Shown piece after piece: positions 43,632-56,802 of a DNA stretch of 64,000 nt (its first letter is position 1; each line of letters begins with the position of its first letter). The stretch comes from Eledone cirrhosa. Taxonomy: Eukaryota. The notes beneath the pieces are model-generated. The model ran no database searches, was not told where the DNA came from, and saw nothing but the letters and a program-made list of their open reading frames with translations. A program made the position numbers and the translations under genes. The stretch is taken from assembly GCA_964016885.1 (NCBI GenBank), contig OZ024740.1, positions 382,230,001 through 382,294,000 on the forward strand, given 5' to 3'.

Positions 43632-44036
43632 TTTTCCTTACCCAGGACAAAAGTCCCAGGAAGGGCAACATTTATTGTCACCTGCCAGCTAGCACAGGAT
43701 CGAATGAGGCCGTAAACTTGACTTGTGCATGGACCAGCCTTTAGTAGAAGCAGGAAGTAAACATAGACGTGTTGTCTATCACGCCACTAAAAATAGCAGC
43801 TAAATAAACAACGGATTTGTTCTCTTCATAACGGAGAAAATATAAAAGGAGATTAATAACCCCATATGTACTAAGTACCCCTGGAAATATATACGGTGTC
43901 TATGATACACTTGTTGTTCCATGGTATTAATTTGACTTACCAGAACTATAAAAATCAGATAAACAGAGCAAGGAAGATTCCAACACATTTTTTAAATAAA
44001 TTCAAAAATATAATTTAAATATTTACCTATTCCATT

Positions 44037-44118
44037 TGCTTTTACCGACGGTTTCACCTTACAAAAGATTGGAGATCCTAGGGATCTCCAATGAAAATGT
44101 TCAGTTCATCAGAGAGCA
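44037..44118 (-). ncRNA. Type I hammerhead (family G)
   Basis: Reverse complement: TGCTCT-CTGATGA...ttggagatcc cta ggatctccaa...GAAACC gtc GGTA^AAAGCA. Confidence 0.7.
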
Positions 44119-44191
44119 TTTTCCTTACCTAGGACAAAAGTCCCAGGAACGCCAAAACAATTAATCTCCTTTTATATATATATATATCTGA

Positions 44192-44400
44192 CGATCGACT
44201 TTCGTCAAATCGGACCGAGGAAACAATGTTTCCGATGGTCTTTCCAGTTGCTAATACTATCTATCGGTCGCAGCTCCTGGTAGAAGAAGCAACGTGAAAT
44301 AAAGTGTCTTGCTCAAGGACATAATGCTTCGCCTTGTCCAGGAATCGAACTCACAACCTCAAGATTGTGAATCCACTTCTCTAACCACTCAGCCTCACGC
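44192..44400 (-). mobile_element. SINE family 2
   Basis: Homologous to 4883-5085. Confidence 0.7.
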
Positions 44401-44402
44401 CT

Positions 44403-44541
<139 letters not shown>

Positions 44542-44987
44542 CGAAGGAAATGTGGTAAGGAACCAAGTGGACCATAACGCACCAAAGTACTTAGGGTAGT
44601 AGAGTGGGTAATAGGAACGAGTAGGACCCCGACGGCTGAACTCAAGCTGTTTCGACGGCTAATTCGTTCCTATATATATATATATATATATTAGTCCAGC
44701 CCGTAATTCGTGTTGTTTGTTTGCAAACAAACAAACAGCCCGAATTACGCCGTACAGTGTTTAGGCAATCACGCCACCTTTTTGTTCATCACTGACACAG
44801 GAACGATGTACTAGTTTCAAGCTTATTACCGTAATTCGGGCTGTTTGTTTGTTTACAAACAGACAAACCGAGCATTATAATAAATGTTCGGTAAACCGAT
44901 ACGTGCATATGTATATGTGTGCTTGTATGTATATATATACATACTACTGTACGTCTGTATACATATATGTATGTACGTATACATACA

Positions 44988-45081
<94 letters not shown>

Positions 45082-45085
45082 TATA

Positions 45086-45456
45086 TATAGATATTTTGTA
45101 TTTCGAAAGAAATACGATTTTAGGAAGCCGTAGCTATGCGAATACCGGGGGCTAACGCCCTCCAGCAGAAGCAAGGACAACCGTCTATGCATTTCAGTCT
45201 TGACTGGCCATCGTCAGGATGCGACTGCTGGACTTGAAAACAGCCTAGAACATATAGTTTTCTCGCCTGTGTAAATGAGGTGATTAATATCATTTGCATA
45301 TGAAGCTGCATAAGTTGGCTCAACTTATAATAGAAAAGAAATAAGATTTCGCTTCAAGCATAGCTTTATACAATATGTATAGAAATTTCGTATTTCGAAA
45401 GAAATACGATTTTAGGAAGCCGTAGCTATGCGAACACCGGGGGCTAATGCCCTCTG
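45086..45456 (-). mobile_element. Retrozyme-like unit (family D), different permutation
   Basis: tttcgaaaga recurs at 45101 and 45393 (period 292); homologous to 35033-35487. Confidence 0.75.
45181..45222 (-). ncRNA. Type I minimal hammerhead (family D)
   Basis: Reverse complement: GCATC-CTGACGA-tGGC cagtcaa GAC t-GAAAT GC ATA^GACGG. Confidence 0.65.
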
Positions 45457-45698
45457 ATATACGTATATGTAAGTAAAGAGTTATTTAATTTGTTGGGTAT
45501 TCAACAAATTAAATTATAACAAATTTCCTATACAGGTTTCTTCTGGAGTATAATATCAATGATATTAATGAATGGAAACTATCTTTATAAAACCATATTT
45601 ATTTTATTATATATATTTCAAGAGTACTATTCAAACAGAACTTAAAACGATAAGTTCTTGTTTTTTGGACATGTCACTATCTATAAATCAACTTTTTG

Positions 45699-45759
45699 TA
45701 TTTCATCTGATGAGAGCGTACCAACATTTTGGTACGCTTGAAATATATATAATAAAATA
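45699..45759 (+). ncRNA. Type I minimal hammerhead (family H) inside a ~70-bp inverted repeat (45553-45622 / 45737-45806)
   Basis: TATTTCAT-CTGATGA-GAGCGTACCAA catt TTGGTACGCTT-GAAAT atat ATA^ATAAAATA; 11-bp stem II. Confidence 0.7.
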
Positions 45760-46691
45760 AATATGGTTTTATAAAGATAGTTTCCATTTATTAATATCAT
45801 TGATATATACATATATTTAAACGGAGAAAATGAAACGAAATTTCATTTCTCACTCTTCGTACGGCTGTTACTTAATTATAAGTATGTATACGTACATACT
45901 TATATGTATACAGACGTACAGTAGTATGTATATATATATACATGCACATATATATATATATATATGTACGTATGGATTCACCGAACATTTATTACAATGC
46001 TCGGTGTGTTTGTAAACAAACATCCCGAATTAAGCCGTACAGTATCTAGCAACCATCGTTACTCATTTGTTCAACACTGACAAAGGAACGTTTTACTAGT
46101 TTCTAGCTTATTAGCTATCGTCAGCAACGTATACCTTCCTGCCAGATGATTGAACGTCTGAAAGTATATACTTTCCTTATGCATATTAACGGCTGAGCAG
46201 CCCAATTTGCATAACGAGTGAGTTAATCGGCCGGGCGCGCCGAAAACGGTAAACGGAAAAAATGAAACGAAATACAGAGCAATATATTACAAAGTTACTG
46301 GCAATTTTTAAAATTAGAATGGTGATTTCCATCAAGGTATTCCTTAGGAATATATACAAATATTCACATATAAACACCCAAGGGAGGGCAAGGAAGAGAA
46401 AATATATTAGAAGAAAGGAGAAGATTGAGGAGGACGAGATCATACCTTTAAGGAATTTATAGTTTTTGATGGGACTGGAAACCCATATGCAGTGGTATTT
46501 GCCGTTAATTTGTCAACTGTATTTGGCTTTAGCAACTCAAATGGTTTGTGGTGTATCTGGGTTCACGATGTTTATCAATTTATGGCTGTACTAAAATGTT
46601 TGTAGATAAGTGGACACTGTTCCTTTTGATAAGACTTGTGTTACTGTCTATTATCGACGTCAGACTTGCTTAGGAAGGTATATATAATATA

Positions 46692-46825
46692 TAATTGTTT
46701 CTACTTTTTGGCACAAGGCCAGTAATTAACCAGTACATTACTGGTACTTTATTTTATCGACCCCGTAAGGATGAAAGGCAAAGTTAACCTCGGCGGGATT
46801 TGAACTCAGAATGGCAAGGGCCGTA
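46692..46825 (-). mobile_element. SINE family 1
   Basis: Matches the family consensus. Confidence 0.85.
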
Positions 46826-46929
46826 TATATAATTTATAATAAAATCTCTCTGGGAGAGTGATTTTATTTAAGTCACGGTCGAATGATAGGTGGATCGAAT
46901 CCAGGCTAGTGTGGCTGGTAATATAAGAA

Positions 46930-48360
46930 AGTATTTGGCATTCTGTGTCTACACTAGAGAATGCGTTCTATTCTGCTATTTAACAGGCTATTACATCACA
47001 ATTGTTACGCTTGTCTGCCTAGTTCAGTCCAAAAGAGTTGGTATTATAATCTGCTTTCTCCCAATGCCCAGATTTTGCTAGCCTATGCACATACCACCGT
47101 CTTTTGAAATATTTTGCAGTGGATCCTACGTAGATCCACTCGCGTTAACCAGATCTAACGGTGCAAAAATAATCTAGACTGGTCTCCAGACATCTGTTCT
47201 GGAGGGGGCATCTATCTGGTTGGGGGCAGTTACATTTGAGCATTGTTTTTATGTAAGCGCCCTAAACTATGATTTGTGGTATGATTTGGATTCGGTTGTG
47301 ATAATGATTGTGTTACTCTATGTAAGCCTGTGGTGTTATGCGAATTAGTTAGTATGTTAACTTTGTTGTTAGAGATCATGCTCGGGTTATGTGTAGCATT
47401 ATGCTTCGATATGCCTCTTAAATTGAGCTGTTTTATGTATATATCAAGATTCCTCATGATTGAATAAGATAATCTGATGGTTTTCCTACTAAAAATGTGG
47501 TATCTGTGTGACTTAGGGAAATGTTTATCTATTAGATTGTAGGAAACTAGGGGTAGATTGGTATTAATCGCATACTTAAATAGAGAGTTATACCATAGGT
47601 ATGTTCAACTAGATTTCTTTTATTTTACTGTGTGTCTGTTATTGATTTCTTTATGGAGCGTGGGTGGTTGGATTGATAGTTAATGTATGCTAGGTTCTCA
47701 TTAATTTTATGAAAGTGTTCTATTAACTCTGTGTTTAGATTTAGTGTCACGTCTAAGAAGATAACCTTTTTGGAGTTATGCTCGAATGTAATTTCTAAGC
47801 CCAATCTACCGATGAATGCTCTAATCTTCTTCCATAATCATTCTAGGCCTTGGTTGTTTGCATTTTTTGAGTAGCAGAAGGGCTATGTAAATTCCGACTA
47901 CGCCCGTGACTTGTGCCGAGTCGCTGAAGTCCATTGTGATATCGAAGCTTTTTTCTCTATCACGCTTTTCCCAGTATTTGTTGTCAAATTTAATAATCGT
48001 TCGTCTAGCTGCTATTACTATCCTAATTTCATCCACGGTTAGGTCAGCTTTTTAATAGCAAAAGCGAGTCCCTTATTAAGGAGAACGGGAGTTACAGATG
48101 AATAGTAATCATTTATATCAAACTGTATGAACTTGGCAACCCCTATATTATCTAATCCACTGAACCAGTTAATCGCCTCTCTAGTTTGATTTTCAGTTTA
48201 TCCTTAATTTGTGATATTACCCTATCTAGGATGTGTTTGCTAATTTTCCTACGTCTGATTTTAATGGACTCATCAATCTACTGGAGGGGTTCGTCTTGAA
48301 ATTGCTTGTGGTCATTTAAGTTAAACGTGGTGCTACAGGCGGTAAAGGCTTCAGTTCAAT
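46930..48360 (-). pseudogene. Degenerate PLE RT plus C-terminal GIY-YIG (Nematis-like CxC..C linker)
   Basis: FIQFDINDYYSSVT, SFDITMDFSDSAQVTGVVGIY, VIFLDVTLNL, KCNC..PDRCPLQNRCLETSLDY...WIYVGSTAKYFKRR, LLNSR...CRH; many frameshifts. Confidence 0.75.
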
Positions 48361-48399
48361 TTTTTCACTACACTTAATCCATTGGTATCAATATTCGTA

Positions 48400-48870
48400 A
48401 GGGTTGCTTCAGTTGTTTTCTTGTATTACCTATTGAATTCTTTGCGAATCGGGGTCTCCTTGAGGCTTGGTCTTCTGATCTGCGAGCCACAGAAATATTC
48501 CTGCAGATCCATCGTAAACACTTTCCCCCCTCTACCCGCTGTTCTGGCACTACAGTGCCTGTCATCTTCCACGCCATACTCTATTCAACGATGTCATAAA
48601 GCATAGGGAAGCTGGACCGAGGGAATGGCAAAAGACCAGAGGGGATGACAATCTTCACGTTCCGCAGTGGTAAACCCCTTATCTCGCTCGCATACAACAT
48701 GCAGCGATACATTCTCAAGCGGCACAGCTGGGGCTGTCTGCGATTAACGAAGGCTCTGCTGAACTTCGAGCAAAAGATGGTAAACTCTCCAAATATCGGT
48801 CGGGATTAAGGTGGTTTGCTGTCAAGCCCTTAGCAGTGGAAACAGTTGGTGTCCTTGGTCTTAATCACCA
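48400..48870 (+). mobile_element. CRE-clade RLE retrotransposon 3' fragment
   Basis: SLRIGVSLRLGLLICEPQ, RHTLFNDVI, GNGKRPEGMT, PLAVETVGVLG. Confidence 0.65.
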
Positions 48871-48884
48871 TCATTGGCACAGTG

Positions 48885-51102
48885 TGGTGGAAGGAGTTTA
48901 AGAAAATTTCGACGATATTCGAGAAAGTGTTTTGATGTACGTATTTATGAAAATTTGGGGAAAAATTCAAGAAATCTATTTAGTAACTTTTAGGGAAACT
49001 TTTGCTGAAAATTAGGAGCTAGTGGTACTAATTTAAATATAAGAATCCGACAAAATGATGATTAATTAAACCTATTTCCTTCTGCATTTTCAATATTTAT
49101 AAATATCTATATGGAAATCGTTACAAAAGGTGTGGATAAATATCTAAAAAGAATTTGAAGTAATTTAGGAAATATATTTTGTTGAAATTGGGAAGATTTA
49201 TGATGATATTTTCTGGAAAAGTTTTCATTAAATATTTGCCCGGAATGTTTAACGAAATTTCAGGTTAAATTTTTAATGAATTTTGTAAGAGATTTTATGT
49301 GAAATATTTGATGAAATTATGGTGAAATATTTTGAAAATTATTTTGCGAAGTTCTTTAGTTGAATTTTACTGAACACTTTAGAAATTGTTCGAGAACATT
49401 TTGAGAAGATCTAAGATAATGTGTTTGTGAAAAGTTTGTGAAAAGATTTTATGGAAATTTTAGAGCAAATTTGGAGCTAGTCGTATTAATTTATATATAA
49501 GCACCCGACAAAAACATGGTTTATGAAAATTATTTCCTTCTGTTTTGCAATAATTACGAAAATCTTTACGAAAATATATAAAAGAAACTCTGCAATAATA
49601 TTGTAAAACATTGTTGTTGAAATCATCATTGTGATTTGGTAGAAAATTTAGGAGGAAGTTTTCTGGAATAGTTTTCATAAAATATTTGAGAAATTTTAAT
49701 GAAATGTCAGGTTAATAAAATGGGGAAAATATTTGAAGAAATTTTGGCGAAATATTTAAAGATTTAGCGAAGTTTTTCTGTGAAGATTTTGGAAGGAGTT
49801 CGAGAAAATTTCGAGAATATTTGAGAAACTGTTTTGTTGAAAGTCTTTTATGAATATTTAGGGAATAATTTAGGATATCTTTTTAGAAATTTTAGGGAAA
49901 ATGTTAATGAAAGTTTAGAGCAAATAGTATTAATTTAAGTATAAGCACCCGACAAAACATAATTAATTGAACTTACTTCCTTCTGTATGATTTTTGTTGA
50001 AATCTTCAATGAAATGTGGTGAAAATTTATGATCAAATTTTCGGGAAAATGTTTCATAAAATATTTGGGGGAACATTTCATGAAGTATCAATTAAAATAT
50101 TTAATGAAATTTGTTGAAAGAAACTACGTAAAATATCTGTTAACATATTTGGAGAAATGTTTTAGAAAACTGATGAAACTTTAAAGAAAATTCAGGAGGG
50201 TTTTGAAGGTCATATTGCATGGAATTTTTGGCCAAGTTAAATGAAATGTTGGCAAAATATTTAAAGATTCTGCAAAGTTCTTTGGTATATTTTCGGTGAA
50301 CGTTTTGGAAGGAGGTTTAGAAAATTTCGAGAAAATTTGAGAATATGTTTCGGTGAAATTTTCTATAAAAAATGGGGATAATTTTAGGAAATCTTTTAAA
50401 ACGTTTTTAGGAAAAATTTTTGATGAAATTTTCTGGAAAGGTTTTCATGAAATATTTGCGGGATTGTTTAATGAAATTTCATGTTAAAGTTTTAATGAAT
50501 TTTGTAAGAGATCTCATGTGAAATATTTGATGAAATTATGGCGAAATATTTCCGGATTTTGCGAAGTAGTTTCGTGGATTTTTAGTGAAAGATTTGGAAC
50601 GTGTTGAAGAACATTTTGAGAACATCTGAGAAAATTTGTTTGTGACAGTTTTTATAAAAAGTTGGGGAAACTTTAGGAATTATTTTAGAAATTTGGAGCT
50701 ACTCATACTAATTTGAATTTAAACCGTTCATAAAAACATGATTGATTAAACTTAATTATTCTTTTCAATATTTACGAAAATCTAAAAATGTCTAAAAAAA
50801 AATGTTGGCAGTTATATTGAGGAAAAGTTTTGTTGAAATCTTCCATGAAACATTGTAAAAGGTTTATAATGAAAATTTCGGGAAAATGTTTTATAAAATA
50901 TTTTGGGAAATGTTTAATAAAAAACAGGTAAAAACATTAATGAATTTTATAAGAGACATTAATGTAATTTAAATGAACATGTTGGAGAAGTTTAAGAGAA
51001 ACATTTGATGGAAATTTTTGGAAAGTTAAATGAAATTTTGGCGAAATATTTTAAGATTTCGTGAAGTTCTTTGGTAGATTTTCGGCGAACGTTTTGGAAG
51101 GT
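48885..51102. repeat. Degenerate ~450-bp AT-rich tandem satellite with GAAA-rich subrepeats
   Basis: tataag(c/a)a(c/t)ccgacaaaa recurs at ~49038, ~49496 and ~49940; ggaaggag..agaaaatttcga recurs at ~48889, ~49791 and ~50307. Confidence 0.7.
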
Positions 51103-52082
51103 ACTTCTCTTTCTCCCTCACTATCCTTTGGGGGAAACGCCTTCTCTATCCTGCCCACTGGGCTAACGCGTGGGCCCCATTTGCTTACAATACTATAAGA
51201 TGGGATGAGCTGGAGAGACGGAAGTAGTGACTGTAGGAGTTTGGCTCCATCGGTTCAGAGTTGGTTTATAGGTATATGTTTATTTACCATATGATAATAC
51301 AGACAGCATTAAGAAAGGCTTGGAAGTGAACATGCATAACTTATAGCCTTATTCTAAGCGATATACACAATGGCATTTAATTATTTATTTATATATTCGC
51401 TTAGAATATATAAATGTAACATACCACGAAAAATATCTCTATAGATATAGAAGAATTGACACATTCAAGAGTTTCTTTGAAGTATGGTGTTCATCTTGGA
51501 AAATTACAAACAATATTTCTGAAAGTTGGCAAATGATTTCAAAGGTAACAATTATCCAAACTTCTGTCATTTCTTTAAATTTGATTGCTAGTTCAATTTT
51601 CTTTAGTGGTTTGGAGGCTTTCAGGTAGACAGAGCCCATGAAAAGGAAATTATATTTACAGCAACAGCCAAATAAGTCTATATTTTTCGAAAGCGTGATA
51701 AACGGAATTGGTTGCCTCATAATTCTTTCTTTTCAAACACTCTATACCTACTATGTTCATGTTTGAATGACAGTGTTATCGATAATGTCAGAAATAAAAA
51801 ATCGATGTTGTCAAAAATATTCTGATTGTAACAATCATCAGTAGTAAAATAATATAAAACTGATATTATCATTTCAATAAAACTGTCTATTTGTAAATAT
51901 AAGATTTATACATAAATAAACCTTGAAAAATTGTTTACATATTTATTCTCACAAACAGAATCATCTTAGTTCATTATGTAAATCAACTGATTATTCAGTA
52001 ATTTATTAGGGGCAAAATATAACATAATGGGAAATATTTATCACAAAAAACATACTCATATATATGTGTATATATATATATA

Positions 52083-52122
<40 letters not shown>

Positions 52123-52319
52123 GATTTTTTATTTAGGTACAAGCCCAACAATGTTGGGGTAGGAGAAAGTCGATTAAATCGGACGCAGTTCTTCAGTTTA
52201 TCGACCCATGAGAATGAAAGGCAATTGGCGGGATTTGAACTAAGAAAGTAAAGGGCCGTAAACTTATACCGACAGAGGCATGTTGACAACACACAGGCGA
52301 TACTGCGATTCCTTCGGGG

Positions 52320-52375
<56 letters not shown>

Positions 52376-52445
52376 TATATTATATTATATTATATTATAT
52401 TATATATATATATATATATAATATAATATAAAATAATATAATATA

Positions 52446-52590
<145 letters not shown>

Positions 52591-52712
52591 GTATATATAA
52601 TGTATTTTGCAATACACTTTATGCTTAATTAAAAGCATTTTGAAGACCGTATGCTATTGTTTTAGAGTAATTACAAACTCACTTACTTTAATCTCAGCAA
52701 ACAGGGGAGATA

Positions 52713-52757
52713 AGCCGACAAGGCCTTGTTTCGCATTTATTGATGCTTATCAAGGCT
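52713..52757 (-). ncRNA. Type I hammerhead, U3-A8 variant (family I)
   Basis: Reverse complement: AGCC-TTGATAA-GCAT caataa ATGC-GAAAC AAGGCCTT GTC^GGCT; all stems pair perfectly. Confidence 0.8.
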
Positions 52758-52976
52758 AACTACTCCCTCCTGTCTACTGAGATCACTGATGTTATATTCT
52801 TATAGAATTCTAGTAAATAATCAGGAACTGATTATATATTGCTATTTCAGAGCTCCAATTCTAATTTTTAATTTCTGCCTGACCGGCATCCACTCTGTAT
52901 AATCAGTTCCTGATTATTTACTAGAATTCTATAAGAATATAACATCAGTGATCTCAGAAGACATGGGGGAGTAGTT

Positions 52977-53021
52977 AGCCTTGATAAGCATCAATAAATG
53001 CAAAACAAGGCATTGTCGTCT
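52977..53021 (+). ncRNA. Inactivated inverted copy of family I hammerhead
   Basis: Same sequence with GAAA changed to AAAA and two stem mutations. Confidence 0.55.
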
Positions 53022-53219
53022 TATCTCCCCTGTTTGCTGAGATTAAAGTAAGTGAGTTTGTCACTACTCTAAAACAATAGCATACTGTCTTCGAAATGCT
53101 TTTAATTAAGCATAAAGTGTATTGCAAAATACATTATATATACATTTATATACATAGTGCTATTTCATAGGTCCAATTAAAATATATATATATATAATAT
53201 GTATATATATATATATATA

Positions 53220-53299
<80 letters not shown>

Positions 53300-53307
<8 letters not shown>

Positions 53308-53900
53308 ACAGGGAAAAAGAGATGATTATTAGGAAGACAAATATTTTTTTTTCCTTTTTATTTTTCTGTTTCTTTTTTTGTGGGTTAGGAAATGATTAAA
53401 CCGAAATATTTTACTTTTTGTGAAGTGTTAAGGTATTAGTTGATTATTAACAATGGCATTTAATTATTTATTTATATATTTAATGATTGTCTATTACCTG
53501 TTTCAAGAACTATGCCTGTAAATTCACATTGCCTTATTATGTTCCACATTACGCTCCTTTTTTTCATTTTTCTTTTTACTTCGTTTGTAAATAACATTAT
53601 TCTTTCTGCATCATTTCCTTAACATGTTCAACACCATCATTTTACACCAATACATATTATTATCATTTGATAATGCATAAAAATGGTGAAACCGGTAATA
53701 GACAATTATTGAATATATAAATAAATAATTAAATGCCATTGTTAATTAATAAATAAATCAACTAATACATTAACACTTCACACAAAGTAAAATATTTCGT
53801 TTTAATAATTTTCTAACCCAGAAAAAAGAGAGAGAAAAATAAAAAGGAAAAAAAAATATTTTTCTTATTAATAATCGTCTTTTTCTCCCTGTTTTCATAT
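53300..53900. repeat. ~205-bp-arm inverted repeat (53300-53505 / 53687-53900), left arm truncated inside the hammerhead
   Basis: atgaaaacaggg...ctattacctgtttca versus tgaaaccggtaatag...ccctgttttcat. Confidence 0.85.
53664..53700 (+). ncRNA. Minimal hammerhead, U3-A8 variant (family J), degenerate
   Basis: cAT-TTGATAA-tgCAT aaaa ATGgt-GAAAC CG GTA^ATa; palindrome ACCGGT. Confidence 0.55.
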
Positions 53901-55092
53901 ATGCATATATATATCCTAACTCAAATAACTATATAAAATGCATACCATTGGGAATTATAAAAAAGGGATAAAATTGATCCAAATACAAATTTAATAACAC
54001 ACACAATATAACATTTTGGACATTGCCTAGCGTATAACGAAGAACATACGCAAAGCATGTTTTACGTGCAAAATTGCAAAATATTGTGTTTTTAGTTTGA
54101 GCTAAAAAGCAGTACATATTTATTATTAATAATACTATTATTATTTCTTGTAATTGTTAGGAGAATGTTCGTTGGTGGTTAAATAATATACATAGAGAGG
54201 AGTGTGAAAAGCAGGAAGCGAAACGAAAGTAATTCAGAGGATGTGGCAATAATTAGTTTGAATGGATATATAAGTATGAACATACTTAATAATTACCATT
54301 AATAAGGTTCATCGTTCGAATATAAATATGAATATATATATAATGAGATAGGGTGAATTTTAAGCCTTTAATTGCCACATATGATCCACATGAACTTGCA
54401 AGGGTACTTTCATGTCCTTAAACTCACTAAACTCATTGAGGTTACGGAACATTGCGTCAGTGAATGAACAGTCCTACTCTAAATATCCTACTCTATAGGC
54501 CATGGGTGAACATTACAAGGGGAGCCCCCCCACCCCACCCAAATAAATATCATTGTTAATTTTATATTATTCTTATGTGTAGTAGTGTTATAATGCACAG
54601 TTGGTTCCACGTCACTAGGATGTCTACCGTTCTGAGTTTCAATGACGCAAAGTTTTGACGTTATCTTTTCACTGTCAATCAAATAACTGTATAAAATGTC
54701 AATTTATTGGACTAAAACCACCTACTAAACCTGCTGCTTATGGGTTAGATATTATTATGCCCGTTGATTAAAGACATACACTGTGCCATTTAACAGTAAA
54801 ACGTTCTTGTTAAAAGTTATAACCCTCCAAGTGGAAAATGTACATACAGAATTAAAATTCTGCCCGGTTTGACTTTGTTTTCCCTTAATTTAAGTGTTAT
54901 TAAAAAAATATCCCAGTCAAATACTAGCGAAGATATCTCTGTTTCTTGCCTCCTGCAAACGTTCATATCCTTGCTACGATCAATGATCGTTTTATGCTAT
55001 GAGCAGAAAGGGTAGAGCGAGTTCATTTTCAATTGTGTGTCTTCGTGAATACATCATATCACAGCAATGCTAATTTTCATTATATTGTGTTT

Positions 55093-55276
55093 GATTGGCA
55101 GAATCGGTAGAGGGTCGGACGCCATGCTTTGCAGCATAGAGTTATGGCTCTTTATGGACTGAGTTCAAATCCCGCCGAGGTTAACTTTACCTTTCATCCT
55201 TACGGGGTCGATAAAATAAAGTACCAGTAATACACTGATATAATTGCTGGCCTTGTGCCAAAAGTAGAAACAATTA
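55093..55276 (+). mobile_element. Full-length tRNA-derived SINE family 1
   Basis: A box tggcagaatcgg, B box gagttcaaatcc, central cctttcatccttacggggtcgataaaataaagtacc (resembles the Meta-type SINE core, from memory), 3' gtagaaacaatt. Confidence 0.85.
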
Positions 55277-56447
55277 TATTATGTTTGAGAGTTTCGAATG
55301 AATTCCATCAAGCACTGAGCAGTCTAATACTCAAACCAAACTGCGAAAATAGCGAAATCCCCAAAAGAAAAAAAAAACAGCTTCATAAATAAGAGAAAAC
55401 TAGAACAGGCATGGGGCTAATTATATGTTATAGTTATATTATCATTGGTGTCTGACTTGACTAGTTGTCGTTGTTGTTGTTAGTCCTGATCAGACTTGAT
55501 TCATTTCTATGTTTCCTGTCGTCTGTCGATAGTGGTGCCGAACAGTTACTTGCGGCCGTGATGTGAGTCATCCTATCTAAAGCCCTTCACATAAGCAATT
55601 CTAAGAGAGGGAACGTGTGATGGACCGATGAAACATCGACTTCACTTGTGGACCAGGTCTTTATTCTCGAGCTCTATGGACGAAACACTTAGGTGTAGTT
55701 ATTTGAACTTAGAGTGCAGAGGGCCTGTAAGAATAACGCAAGACATTTTATCTGACGTCCTAACAGATGTGCCAAATCGCCGCCTAAGACCTGATTGAAT
55801 AGATCTGTGATTTAAACCGTTTCATTGTAAGCATACTCCCTTTTTTCAGGTTTAGCTTATCTACTATTATGTTATCCAATGAATGTGATATAAATAAGGA
55901 TGGCTGCTATTTATAACACGTTATGCAAATACATAGCAACTTCGTCGATGTTACGAAATAGACAAAATATGGGCGAACGGTGTCGAGCCCATTTTGTACC
56001 CTAATTTATTTTTTCCTCTTTCTTTTTTATTCAATTCATCTGTTCTAATCATATTTTCTAGCGGCTTTAGCTTTACGGAGCAATTTATGAAGGCCACTGC
56101 CACCACATCATTTGTAACCTAAATTATCGGTGAAAAAGCAGAACACATGAACTACAAGCAGACAAATCAATTATCAAATGGCAGTGCTAGGATATATTAC
56201 TACACTTCGAAGATAATTAAAGCTAGTTGGATTGAACCATTTGAAAGTAATATTTTTTGGCTACAAATGAGATACAACGCAAAATAATATATAGAGTACG
56301 ATCTATTCCCCCAGCGATGTGTAATCGGTCAATGGCTTAGTAATTCTAGGAGTATATCACAGTACACCAAGCGGAAATAATGTTCTTTGTATGTACTTTT
56401 TAGGAATTAAAATTCATTTGCGTGTAAAGAAATCTGTAGCATCATAT

Positions 56448-56482
<35 letters not shown>

Positions 56483-56500
56483 TCCAGAATATATATATAT

Positions 56501-56640
56501 ATGAGTCCAGAATTAGCCGTCGAAACGGCTTTAGCTCAGCCGTCGGGGTCCTACTCGTTCTTATTACCCACTCTACTACCCTAAGTATTGAGTACTTTGG
56601 TGTGTTATGGTCCACCTGGTTCCTTACCACATTTCCTTCG

Positions 56641-56642
<2 letters not shown>
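56501..56642 (+). mobile_element. ~150-bp (TA)n-nested repeat (family E); other copies at 31570-31731, 35501-35680, 35809-35870, 43276-43420 and 44540-44672
   Basis: Shared tattacccactctactaccctaagtattgagtac...ttccttaccacatttccttcgtt; contains GAAACGGCT..AGCCGTC. Confidence 0.75.
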
Positions 56643-56702
<60 letters not shown>

Positions 56703-56717
56703 CAATATATATATATA

Positions 56718-56795
<78 letters not shown>

Positions 56796-56802
<7 letters not shown>

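Larger units (their letters stand above)
43464..44152 (-). mobile_element. Head-to-tail tandem of a ~487-bp non-coding hammerhead unit (family G)
   Basis: Hammerheads at 43550 and 44037, with the flanking sequence repeated at the same period; homologous to 56796-57725. Confidence 0.8.

Noticed and set aside
46135-46180. cagatga...gaaagtatatactttc as a hammerhead
   Set aside because: Core deviates, and stems I and II do not pair.
51439-51720. 93-aa ORF as host gene
   Set aside because: No recognisable domain or exon structure.
55093-55180. A and B boxes as a tRNA gene
   Set aside because: No cloverleaf; it is the head of a multi-copy SINE with TSDs.
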